A program made the position numbers and the translations under genes. Below the pieces are notes generated by a model. It searched no databases. It was not told the DNA's origin and saw only the letters and a program-made list of their open reading frames with translations. 64,000 nt of DNA from Methanobacteriota archaeon (GTDB lineage: Archaea; Thermoplasmatota; Poseidoniia; Poseidoniales; Thalassarchaeaceae). The stretch lies in NCBI GenBank assembly GCA_002718995.2, contig PBGL02000029.1, positions 10,210-74,209 of the forward strand, given 5' to 3'. Position 1 is the first letter of the stretch. Every line of letters begins with the position of its first letter. Shown here piece by piece: positions 10,506-18,192 of this stretch.

Positions 10506-11267
10506 ATGAGCGGGGAAGTTACTTTCAGAGTTTTCAGAGGGACTCCCGATTCAGTGGGGGACCCGTTCGGAAAAATGGTTGATTACACCGTGGAAATGGA
10601 CGAGGGGATGGTTGTTCTCGACGTGATACACAGGATACAAGCTGAACATGCACCCGATCTGTCATGCAGGTGGAACTGCAAAGCGGGAAAGTGTGGATCC
10701 TGTAGTGCCGAGGTAAACGGCAAGCCTAGATTGATGTGTATGACCAGAATGGAAGACATAATGGAAGAAACGCCAGAAGATGTCCCAATACTGGTCAAGC
10801 CAATGCAGGCTTTCCCATTGGTAAAGGATCTCGTGACCGACGTTTCTTGGGCATACGAAACAGAGCGTAGTATTGCACCTATCAACGGTCCTGAAGAGAT
10901 GGACTGGGAATTCAAGCAAGAGGAGGCAGATAGGCTCCAAGAGTTCAGGTCATGTATTGAGTGCATGTTGTGTGTCAACACCTGCCACGTTCTTAGGGAG
11001 CATCAGAAATTCGACGAGTTCGCTGGACCTAGGTTCTTCGTTAGACTGGCCAGTCTTGAAATGCACCCATTGGATAAGGAAAGTAGGATACCAGAAATCA
11101 AGGACGACTTTGGAATTGGATACTGCAACATTACCAAGTGCTGTACAGAAGTTTGTCCAGCTGGGATAAACATCACTGACAATGCGATAATTCCACTCAA
11201 GGAGAGGGTCGTCACAGAGTATTACGATCCACTCGCGATTCTGGCCCGGAAAATAGGGATGAAGTGA
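10506..11267 (+). CDS. sdhB: succinate dehydrogenase/fumarate reductase iron-sulfur subunit
   Basis: 2Fe-2S motif CRWNCKAGKCGSCSAEVNGKPRLMC, then CIECMLCVNTC and CNITKCCTEVCP cluster motifs. GGTGAT lies upstream of the ATG. Confidence 0.9.
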   Translation: MSGEVTFRVFRGTPDSVGDPFGKMVDYTVEMDEGMVVLDVIHRIQAEHAPDLSCRWNCKAGKCGSCSAEVNGKPRLMCMTRMEDIMEETPEDVPILVKPMQAFPLVKDLVTDVSWAYETERSIAPINGPEEMDWEFKQEEADRLQEFRSCIECMLCVNTCHVLREHQKFDEFAGPRFFVRLASLEMHPLDKESRIPEIKDDFGIGYCNITKCCTEVCPAGINITDNAIIPLKERVVTEYYDPLAILARKIGMK

Positions 11268-11378
11268 TCCTGAAACAGGGCCAATAAGCTAAACGCCTGC
11301 TCGATTCTCTAATGACCCCCACGGCCAGTTTCCCAGCCGGGGGTTTACGTTGTTCCGTTGTTATGGGCAAAGGCCCAA

Positions 11379-11642
11379 CTATAGGCGCTTTATGCCGGTC
11401 TTCTTTACGTTGGCCTTCCAGATCTTATCCGGAAGGTACGCTGGACCGCCTGCACCTTTTGCAACGAGATCTCTCCAGCCGTCGAAGCAGTGCACTCTGT
11501 TAGTGCCTCGCTCCCTTAGTTGGATGTTTGTGTGCCCTCTTCTAGCAGCCTTTAGTGCTGCACCTCGGGGTTGGTTATTCACAAACACCTGACTGGTGTC
11601 GTCGCCGTTCTCCATCAGTACGAAGTACTTCTTTCCTGACAT
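11379..11642 (-). CDS. MC1-family archaeal chromatin protein
   Basis: 87 aa. QPRGAALKAARRG...IQLRERGTNRVHCFDGWRDLV...PDKIWKANVKK matches the Methanosarcina MC1 pattern (PRQAALKAANRG...IRLRERGTKKVHVF..W). ATG at 11642 has GGAGGT upstream; the track start at 11651 is TTG. Confidence 0.8.
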   Translation of the reverse strand: MSGKKYFVLMENGDDTSQVFVNNQPRGAALKAARRGHTNIQLRERGTNRVHCFDGWRDLVAKGAGGPAYLPDKIWKANVKKTGIKRL

Positions 11643-11760
11643 TTTTAGCAATACCTCCGTGACTAGGGCGTTCCAGAGAGATAATGAAGTTATTGGGGAA
11701 GAAACGCTTCACTGAGGCTCTATTGGGGGTTTTTGCGATTTTCCGATGGGGCATTACTGC

Positions 11761-11994
11761 TCACATCTCGGCACATGCCAATGTCTTGGTATTAGCAACT
11801 CCAGGAATGGATCTGATGGATTCAACGACGTGTTTCGCGATCTCACCCATGTCCTGTGCCTCAATTTTAACAATCAAGTCGTAGTCACCAAACAACATGT
11901 TTGCGTCGGTGACACAATCGAGCAAAATAGCTGCTTCGTGAACTGAAGATTCGCTCCCCGGTTCGACATTCACCAGCACATATCCCGCGGACAT
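11761..11994 (-). CDS. stand-alone Lrp/AsnC ligand-binding (RAM) domain protein
   Basis: 77 aa. YVLVNVEPGSE..V...L..CV.DANMLFGDYDLIVKIEAQDMGEI...V.ESIRSIPGV..T.T is the typical RAM/AsnC_trans_reg fold pattern without an HTH. Confidence 0.65.
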   Translation of the reverse strand: MSAGYVLVNVEPGSESSVHEAAILLDCVTDANMLFGDYDLIVKIEAQDMGEIAKHVVESIRSIPGVANTKTLACAEM

Positions 11995-12089
11995 AGCATC
12001 GGTAAGGGGCGTCTACGGAAGAATGCATCGCCGGAATTCAAGATTTTCATACGATGATTACTTATCGGATGGCTTACCCTTGAGATTTC

Positions 12090-12731
12090 ATGGCAGAGAC
12101 GATAATCGTCCGGGAGTGCCGACATGGGCAGGTCAGGGTCCAGTTTGGAAACATAATCAGAGTAGAGGGGGACGTGATGGTAATTCCTGCCAACAATAGG
12201 TTAGCCGGCAGAGAGGGGCTCGATGAGAAGATGCAGCTTGCTGCCGGACCAGAATTGAGGGAGGCATGTACCAAAATTGCCGTCGAGAGAAGGAAGGAAG
12301 GAAAGCAGCCATGTGGGGTCGGAGAGGCCGTTATCACACCGGCATTCAACCTTCCAGCTTCAAATCTAGTTCACGTGGTCGGTCCCGACTGCAGAAGGCC
12401 GAATCAGGATAATTTCAGGAGGGAGTTACTGGCCAACTCCTACAATGCACTTTTCGAAGAGGTTTCGAAGATAAAGAAGCGAGAGACGTTGGTGACGCCT
12501 CCCCTGGGGATGGACGTTTTCGCATACCCCCACAGGGAAGGAGCTAGATTGACTATGGAAATAATCCTAGCTTGGATGGATGCAGAAGAGGACCCGGGCG
12601 TCGGGATGGTGCTAATCGTAACTGACGAGGTTAACTTCCTCAACAATATGAAAACCGTGTATCGGGAAAGCGAAGACCAATTTCCGGGAGTGGACCGGAC
12701 AAGGGATTTCAGAAAGGGCAAGATTCAGTGA
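12090..12731 (+). CDS. macro domain protein (ADP-ribose / O-acetyl-ADP-ribose binding or hydrolase)
   Basis: VMVIPANNRLAGREGLDEKM..AAGPELREAC...GEAVITPAFNLPASNLVHVVGP matches macro-domain core motifs. Confidence 0.7.
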   Translation: MAETIIVRECRHGQVRVQFGNIIRVEGDVMVIPANNRLAGREGLDEKMQLAAGPELREACTKIAVERRKEGKQPCGVGEAVITPAFNLPASNLVHVVGPDCRRPNQDNFRRELLANSYNALFEEVSKIKKRETLVTPPLGMDVFAYPHREGARLTMEIILAWMDAEEDPGVGMVLIVTDEVNFLNNMKTVYRESEDQFPGVDRTRDFRKGKIQ

Positions 12732-12775
12732 TCATTGACCAATGTTCTCAAGAACCCTGAGAATCCGATAGGGCC

Positions 12776-13357
12776 GTGGGCAGCATAGGGAGCCAGTACG
12801 AGAGGGAGTTGCGTTCGGTACTCGCTGGGGAAGTAAATGGCGTCAGGGCAATTACCAGATCTTGCTCGGAAACAGAGCGCGCCCGCGCAATGCAAGTCAC
12901 ACAGAGGCCGTTCCTTGTTGTTCGTGCACCGGGCAGTGGATCGGAGGGAACGGGAGACCTTCTCGTACTGAGAGGAGACATGTGCTTCCCGGTGGAAGTA
13001 AAGTCTTCAAAAACATCCAAATTATATCTCTCAGGCAGAACATGGGATCAGTATGAATCACTGAAAGAAACAGGAGAAAGATGCGGTTTGTTGCCTCTAT
13101 ATGCTTACAGACTGAAGGGAGTGAGAGGGGACAGTTGGAGAATAATGAAAGTCGAAGTTGAGGGGCTCAGTGGAAAATTGAGGCATCTTTCAAGGAGTAT
13201 CCCCTCACTCCCCCTGACGAGAAATGGTAAGCCATTCCTTGATTGGGAACAGGGAATGCCGCTACATCGATTCTTGGCACTTGTTTGTAGATCCGATGGT
13301 GCTAGATTCATAGGAAGCTCAAGAGATCAAGATTCCCTGGGGGTAGCGATAGACTAG
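12776..13357 (+). CDS. hjc: Holliday junction resolvase Hjc-like nuclease with C-terminal extension
   Basis: GSQYERELRSVL...VVRAPGSGSEGTGDLLVLRGDMCFPVEVKSSK reproduces the Hjc E...D...E-x-K nuclease motif layout. 193 aa. The first codon is GTG. Confidence 0.7.
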   Translation: MGSIGSQYERELRSVLAGEVNGVRAITRSCSETERARAMQVTQRPFLVVRAPGSGSEGTGDLLVLRGDMCFPVEVKSSKTSKLYLSGRTWDQYESLKETGERCGLLPLYAYRLKGVRGDSWRIMKVEVEGLSGKLRHLSRSIPSLPLTRNGKPFLDWEQGMPLHRFLALVCRSDGARFIGSSRDQDSLGVAID

Positions 13358-13599
13358 CTTTCCAGGATCTTCTCAATTGCGTCCATCCTATCCCTAATCA
13401 CCTTCAATGAGTCACTCACATCTTGCAACTTGGCCTGATCAATCAAACGCTGGATACTGTCCCTCTCCCTTCTTAGCGAGTCAATCTCCCTGTTCACCTT
13501 GCGGTTGCTTTCATCCACATCCCGCATATCTCCCACGTACATGGGAGATGGCCACTGCTCAAGTCGGTTACTATCCGGGAACGCAGGTTGAATAGCCAT
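13354..13599 (-). CDS. hypothetical small coiled-coil protein
   Basis: 81 aa with a charged heptad-like C-terminal half (REIDSLRRERDSIQRLIDQAKLQDVSDSLKVIRDRMDAIEKILES). Fills the whole gap between hjc and the M50 protease gene. No SD seen. Its stop shares the CTAG tetranucleotide with the hjc stop. Confidence 0.45.
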   Translation of the reverse strand: MAIQPAFPDSNRLEQWPSPMYVGDMRDVDESNRKVNREIDSLRRERDSIQRLIDQAKLQDVSDSLKVIRDRMDAIEKILES

Positions 13600-13616
13600 G
13601 ACTTCGGGCTGAGGGC

Positions 13617-15125
13617 ATGGGCGAAGAGGCCGAGAGTAGGGTCTCAGTTTGGCCCATATTGATACTCACAATGATGGTGTACTACGGAGTAGCTCCATTC
13701 TGGGTAGTGGCATTAATCGGCATCTGGTACTTTTCCCTCAGATATCTAGAGGAAACCGGACATCTGGATAATTGGAACTTCGACAGGGTCCTTGGAATAA
13801 TCCTAATGGCTAGAACGAACAGGGGAAAGTCGGTCCTGGAGTATGTTTCTAGAAATCGGAAATTCTGGAGGTTTTTTGGAGAGCTGTCGATATGGATTTG
13901 CTTCCTCCTGATGGCAGCGGTCGTCTACCTAATTTCAGTTTCATTGATCACAGCAATTAGAAGTCCCCCACAGGAGGTCCTTCCAGCTACCGATATTCTC
14001 CTTATTCCCGGGGTTACTAGTTTTGTCCCCTTCCAGTGGCCCGTACTCGCTTTGGTGGTGGCCTTGCTCATCCACGAATACAGCCATGGCATACAGGCGA
14101 GAGCGCATGGAATGGAAGTGCGGAATTTTGGGTTACTTCTAGTGGGCCCTCTTCCAGTTGGTGCCTTTGCAGAGCCAGAGCATTTGGATATGTCAATTGC
14201 TCCAAGGAGAGAGAGGATCAGGCTCTATGCAGCAGGCCCTTCGATCAATATTGTTGCCACATTTGTCTCACTGATTCTTCTAGGTGTTATTTCTAGTGGC
14301 TTCGTTGCTGTAAATCCAGGAGTTCATGCAATAGGGGTAATTGACGGAGGGGGAGCTGAAGAAGCAGGAATTATGCCCTATGACATAATTACTGAAATTA
14401 ATGGCGTTAGTATCGAAGATAGGACTTCATTCTCGGAACAGATGGATACACTGGCAGCGGGTGACGAGGCCCTGTTCACTGTAATACCGCATTCTGGATC
14501 AGATGAGGGGGTTGCTTCGGAGAAAACAGTGGTTCTCGGAGATAGACACCAGTACTACATTGACTTGTGTGATGGCGATCAATCATGCATTTCTGAAACC
14601 GAAGAGGTCCTCTTATCCCTTGGGATAGAGCAGGGGGACGCATTCCTGGGGGTCAATGGCATTCGTTCTGGTACAGTTCAAACTGAAAGGTTCTCATACA
14701 TTGTCGACGGTAGTTTATCCACGAGTGAGACTGTATTACTTACCGCCATATCACCACTGCTTATGCTAGGTACACCAATACAATACGATGGGCAGACGAT
14801 GGACCTTAGAGAGAGGTCTATGCTTGAGGCAGGGGACGGAGTATTGGCCTCTGTTCTGGGGACCGATGGCATGCTAGAGTTATTCGACTGTATTTTCTGG
14901 ATGGCATGGATTAATTTCCTTCTGGGATTTGCGAACCTAATACCAGTGATTCCTTTTGATGGGGGGCATATAGTGAAGGATACATCGCACTCACTACTTT
15001 CTAGGGTTTTCAAAGGCGAGAATCCTTTGAGGGTCGAGATGCTCGCCAATAAGTTCAGCTACTACACAACAATATTGGTACTCAGCATTGTGATTATCCC
15101 ACTTGTAATTCCACTATTCAACTAA
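13617..15125 (+). CDS. M50 site-2 protease family intramembrane metalloprotease with PDZ domain
   Basis: HEYSHG (HExxH) in a TM segment, a PDZ-like GIMPYDIITEINGVSIED, and the distal IPFDGGH motif. GAGGG lies just upstream of the ATG. Confidence 0.85.
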   Translation: MGEEAESRVSVWPILILTMMVYYGVAPFWVVALIGIWYFSLRYLEETGHLDNWNFDRVLGIILMARTNRGKSVLEYVSRNRKFWRFFGELSIWICFLLMAAVVYLISVSLITAIRSPPQEVLPATDILLIPGVTSFVPFQWPVLALVVALLIHEYSHGIQARAHGMEVRNFGLLLVGPLPVGAFAEPEHLDMSIAPRRERIRLYAAGPSINIVATFVSLILLGVISSGFVAVNPGVHAIGVIDGGGAEEAGIMPYDIITEINGVSIEDRTSFSEQMDTLAAGDEALFTVIPHSGSDEGVASEKTVVLGDRHQYYIDLCDGDQSCISETEEVLLSLGIEQGDAFLGVNGIRSGTVQTERFSYIVDGSLSTSETVLLTAISPLLMLGTPIQYDGQTMDLRERSMLEAGDGVLASVLGTDGMLELFDCIFWMAWINFLLGFANLIPVIPFDGGHIVKDTSHSLLSRVFKGENPLRVEMLANKFSYYTTILVLSIVIIPLVIPLFN

Positions 15126-15941
15126 TCACTCTTCTTCATCTGAACGGTGTTCGAAGATGTATTCGGCTACCAGTGGTGCGATAAATATCGCAGCGACAAC
15201 GAATGCGAGGCTGGTCCATGTTTTCTGAGTGACCTGCGACGCCCCTGGGTCGGGAGAAAGAATGAGTTTTGCCGCTCCTATCCAGGGAATTTCTGAGGAG
15301 GCGATGCCGACTATCCATTCATCCTTGACTGCGGTTACAGGATTTCCAAACTCGTCCCTGAGACCTTGTCTCGGGTCATCCCCCGTTGCTATCCTCTGAT
15401 CTATTTTGCACCCATTGGTCTCCTCATTGTCTCCGGTTGTTAGGTATCCCTCATGTGGAGGCTCCCAATTCGTTATCTCGAGATTATAGAATCCTCCATG
15501 GTATGGGCACTGGTAGTCGAGAATCCAGTTGACGGAGTTCACGTTAACCAATGTCGTACCTGGGACGTCCCATCCTCCTGATTCATTGTAAACTGCCTTG
15601 AGGAGTGCCCTGTGGATAACCGGAGTGTCGGAGCCCCCGTTTTTCTTGTAGACAATTACATCACCCGGCATTCCATGAGACTCATGCCCATAATTCTCAT
15701 TTCCTTCTTCCGTGGCCTCTACGAAGGTAATCACATCTTTCCTATCTGGATTCATTACCAAAACCAAATCACCCGGGTCTATGGTTCCGACAGACCCTTC
15801 CTCATCATGCATCATTGAGCCGGACTCCACCACAACCATGGGAGGGAATGAGCCCGTGGCTAGCCACATCGACCCCAATAGTATGACAACTAGCCCCAAA
15901 GCGAGATAGGCCTCCCTGAGGATTGCATTAGACAAGCTCAC
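15126..15941 (-). CDS. signal peptidase I, archaeal/ER Sec11 type (S26B)
   Basis: Catalytic Ser box VVESGSMMH, His box PVIHRAL, TTGDNEETN...D box. The GTG at 15941 overlaps the upstream stop as GTGA; the track start at 15980 is TTG and would overlap by 43 nt. Confidence 0.8.
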   Translation of the reverse strand: MSLSNAILREAYLALGLVVILLGSMWLATGSFPPMVVVESGSMMHDEEGSVGTIDPGDLVLVMNPDRKDVITFVEATEEGNENYGHESHGMPGDVIVYKKNGGSDTPVIHRALLKAVYNESGGWDVPGTTLVNVNSVNWILDYQCPYHGGFYNLEITNWEPPHEGYLTTGDNEETNGCKIDQRIATGDDPRQGLRDEFGNPVTAVKDEWIVGIASSEIPWIGAAKLILSPDPGASQVTQKTWTSLAFVVAAIFIAPLVAEYIFEHRSDEEE

Positions 15942-16753
15942 TCCTCCTCGTCCAGAATTTGTCTTGGCGTTGTGGACCAAAGTATCATGCCCGTGAATCC
16001 GATGAGGAGGAGAGAAACTGAGTCATAGTGTGGAGCTAGGTAGTGAACTTCCTCTGCACCGCCCATGTATGCTGAGAGGTCAAGTGTATGGTCTCTGGAG
16101 CCACTGCTCCCAGTCACTATTCCGAAAATTGAGTTCCACAGCAGGAGTAAAAGCGCTGATCCTGAGAATGCGATAATTGACCTATTGGAATTCCGCTGCC
16201 CCAGTGAAGGGAGCCCTGGTAACCAAAATGAAAGTCTGGATTCACTGGTATTCCACCAATTGGATATCCTGCTAGTCAGTGATCCGTCCGATTCAATTCT
16301 CGTATCCCTGGAGGTCGTTATAGGTACCTTGTACCTCTTTCCACCCCTGATCTCAAATTCAGAATATAGGCTCATCAGCCTAGATTGGTAGGATCTACCT
16401 AGAATATCCGCAGCATCCTCGGCTTCCTTCCTCCTGCGTAGGATCTCGGGTCGAGAATCCAAAGATAGTATGTCCTCAATAACGGCTCTTTGGCCCATGT
16501 AGTGCTGGAACTCTGGGACAGCATAGAATGCGACAGCCCCTCCCAGAATGAGGCAGGCCCAGCTGAATGGAATCATGTACTCCTCCTGCGTAGGGTCGGT
16601 AGCTCCGCCTAGCATGAAAAGAAACATGAAGCCCCAAACCAATGAGGCAGTAGAAATGATGGTTGAGTATACAATAATCTGGAACTGATGATCTATTTGC
16701 GACTCCCACCATCTGGTGAAGAATCCCTTCCGGCTAGCTCGTGCCCGTGCCAT
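15938..16753 (-). CDS. hypothetical 4-TM membrane protein, translationally coupled to signal peptidase
   Basis: 271 aa. Two N-terminal and two C-terminal hydrophobic helices flank a charged ~110-aa loop. No family recognised. 4-nt GTGA overlap with the downstream signal peptidase gene. Confidence 0.6.
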   Translation of the reverse strand: MARARASRKGFFTRWWESQIDHQFQIIVYSTIISTASLVWGFMFLFMLGGATDPTQEEYMIPFSWACLILGGAVAFYAVPEFQHYMGQRAVIEDILSLDSRPEILRRRKEAEDAADILGRSYQSRLMSLYSEFEIRGGKRYKVPITTSRDTRIESDGSLTSRISNWWNTSESRLSFWLPGLPSLGQRNSNRSIIAFSGSALLLLLWNSIFGIVTGSSGSRDHTLDLSAYMGGAEEVHYLAPHYDSVSLLLIGFTGMILWSTTPRQILDEEE

Positions 16754-16873
16754 TTTATCGTACTGGCGTCAGGCACACATGATTAGTGCCTTCCGACGAG
16801 ACGTTTAGGTATTCGATTGGATATTTGTGTAGCAATCCGATTAATTCATGAGCAGTGTACTCTAGTGGGGACT

Positions 16874-18154
16874 ATGGAAGAGAGGCCGTTATCCCTGTTG
16901 ATCTGCTTCATCCTTCTCTCATCCGGCTGCCTTTCTTCCTCTCCTCCTGATTTGGACGGAGATGGAATTAGTGATTCAGAAGATCTTGATGATGACGGTG
17001 ACGGGTGGAACGATGATATTGAATTGAACTGCAGTACCGACCCACTTGATGGGGATAGCTTTCCCGAGGATGAAGATTGGGACCTTATCTGCAGCATCCT
17101 AGACGATGACGATGACGGGGATGATTGGAGTGACTCCGAGGAGGAGGAGTGTTCTACTGACCCCAAGAGCGAAATGTCCGTTCCTAGTGACTTAGATTCG
17201 GATGGCCTATGTGATATCAATGACGAAGATGCAGATGGTGATGGGCTTCCGAATCTTTGGGAAGAGGAACGTGGTTTCGACCCGATGGATCCCGAGGATT
17301 ACATGTCCTGTCATGGTGAATCTGTGTATTGTATGAGGTCCTATGACGACTTTACTTTCCCTGAGACGCATAACGCGTACTCGTCTGTCGAGGATGGCGT
17401 TCTGATCGGCGTTAACCACTACACTGGGCTCCAGGCTCAGTGGGATGGGGGAATCAGGGCATTCATGGTAGATTCACATCATAGAAGTGATGACAACACC
17501 AGCGCTGAGGATGTGAGGTTCTGCCATGGCACTGGTCAGTTCTTCCATCCGTGCCTATTCGGGGAAGTTGATGCATTCGAATGGATTAGCCTACTTGGCT
17601 CTCTGATGGACAATAGTAGCGGAGATGTAGTCACGCTTCTGATTGAGAATTATGTACCAGCGGAACATCTAGAGTTCCTGTTCTTGGAGACCGGAATGTA
17701 CGATCGAATCTACACCCATACCCTAGGTGAGTCTTGGCCTAGTCTGGGCGATTTGGTTCTGTCGGGTACCGACCTAGTGGTGTTCTGGGAACAGTCTCAA
17801 AACGATGATTTCCCATGGCTACACGACTTCGGTGTATTCAGTTGGACAACAGATTATGCTGAAGATAGTCAGGAAGAAATGTCATGCACGGTTTATCGTG
17901 GGGATGGGTCGCAGCCAGTTTGGCACCTGAACAACTGGCTTTCCAATGCATTTGGACTCCCTGACCCAGTTAGAGCGGGGGAAGTGAATGACTATGATGC
18001 ACTGCTCAACAGATCAATAGAGTGCTGGGAAATCATGGACAATAGGCCTACTTTCGTTGCGGTTGACTACTGGGAAGACGGGGAAATCACTAATGTCACG
18101 ATCACCATGAACAAGATGTCTCACTGGTCGGACGAAGTTCCCCCGAGACCCTGA
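16874..18154 (+). CDS. secreted acidic protein: thrombospondin-type-3-like Ca-binding repeats plus a possible PLC-like phosphodiesterase domain
   Basis: Signal/lipobox-like MEERPLSLLICFILLSSGC. Repeats DLDGDGISDSEDLDDDGDGWNDD and DEDADGDGLPNLWEEERGFDPMDP. FPETHNAYS and GIRAFMVDSHH are reminiscent of PI-PLC X-domain motifs (weak). Start chosen at Met20 of the track ORF. Confidence 0.5.
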   Translation: MEERPLSLLICFILLSSGCLSSSPPDLDGDGISDSEDLDDDGDGWNDDIELNCSTDPLDGDSFPEDEDWDLICSILDDDDDGDDWSDSEEEECSTDPKSEMSVPSDLDSDGLCDINDEDADGDGLPNLWEEERGFDPMDPEDYMSCHGESVYCMRSYDDFTFPETHNAYSSVEDGVLIGVNHYTGLQAQWDGGIRAFMVDSHHRSDDNTSAEDVRFCHGTGQFFHPCLFGEVDAFEWISLLGSLMDNSSGDVVTLLIENYVPAEHLEFLFLETGMYDRIYTHTLGESWPSLGDLVLSGTDLVVFWEQSQNDDFPWLHDFGVFSWTTDYAEDSQEEMSCTVYRGDGSQPVWHLNNWLSNAFGLPDPVRAGEVNDYDALLNRSIECWEIMDNRPTFVAVDYWEDGEITNVTITMNKMSHWSDEVPPRP

Positions 18155-18192
18155 AGAGAGGGGTTTTCACTAGTCGACCCCAGCAAGGGCAC

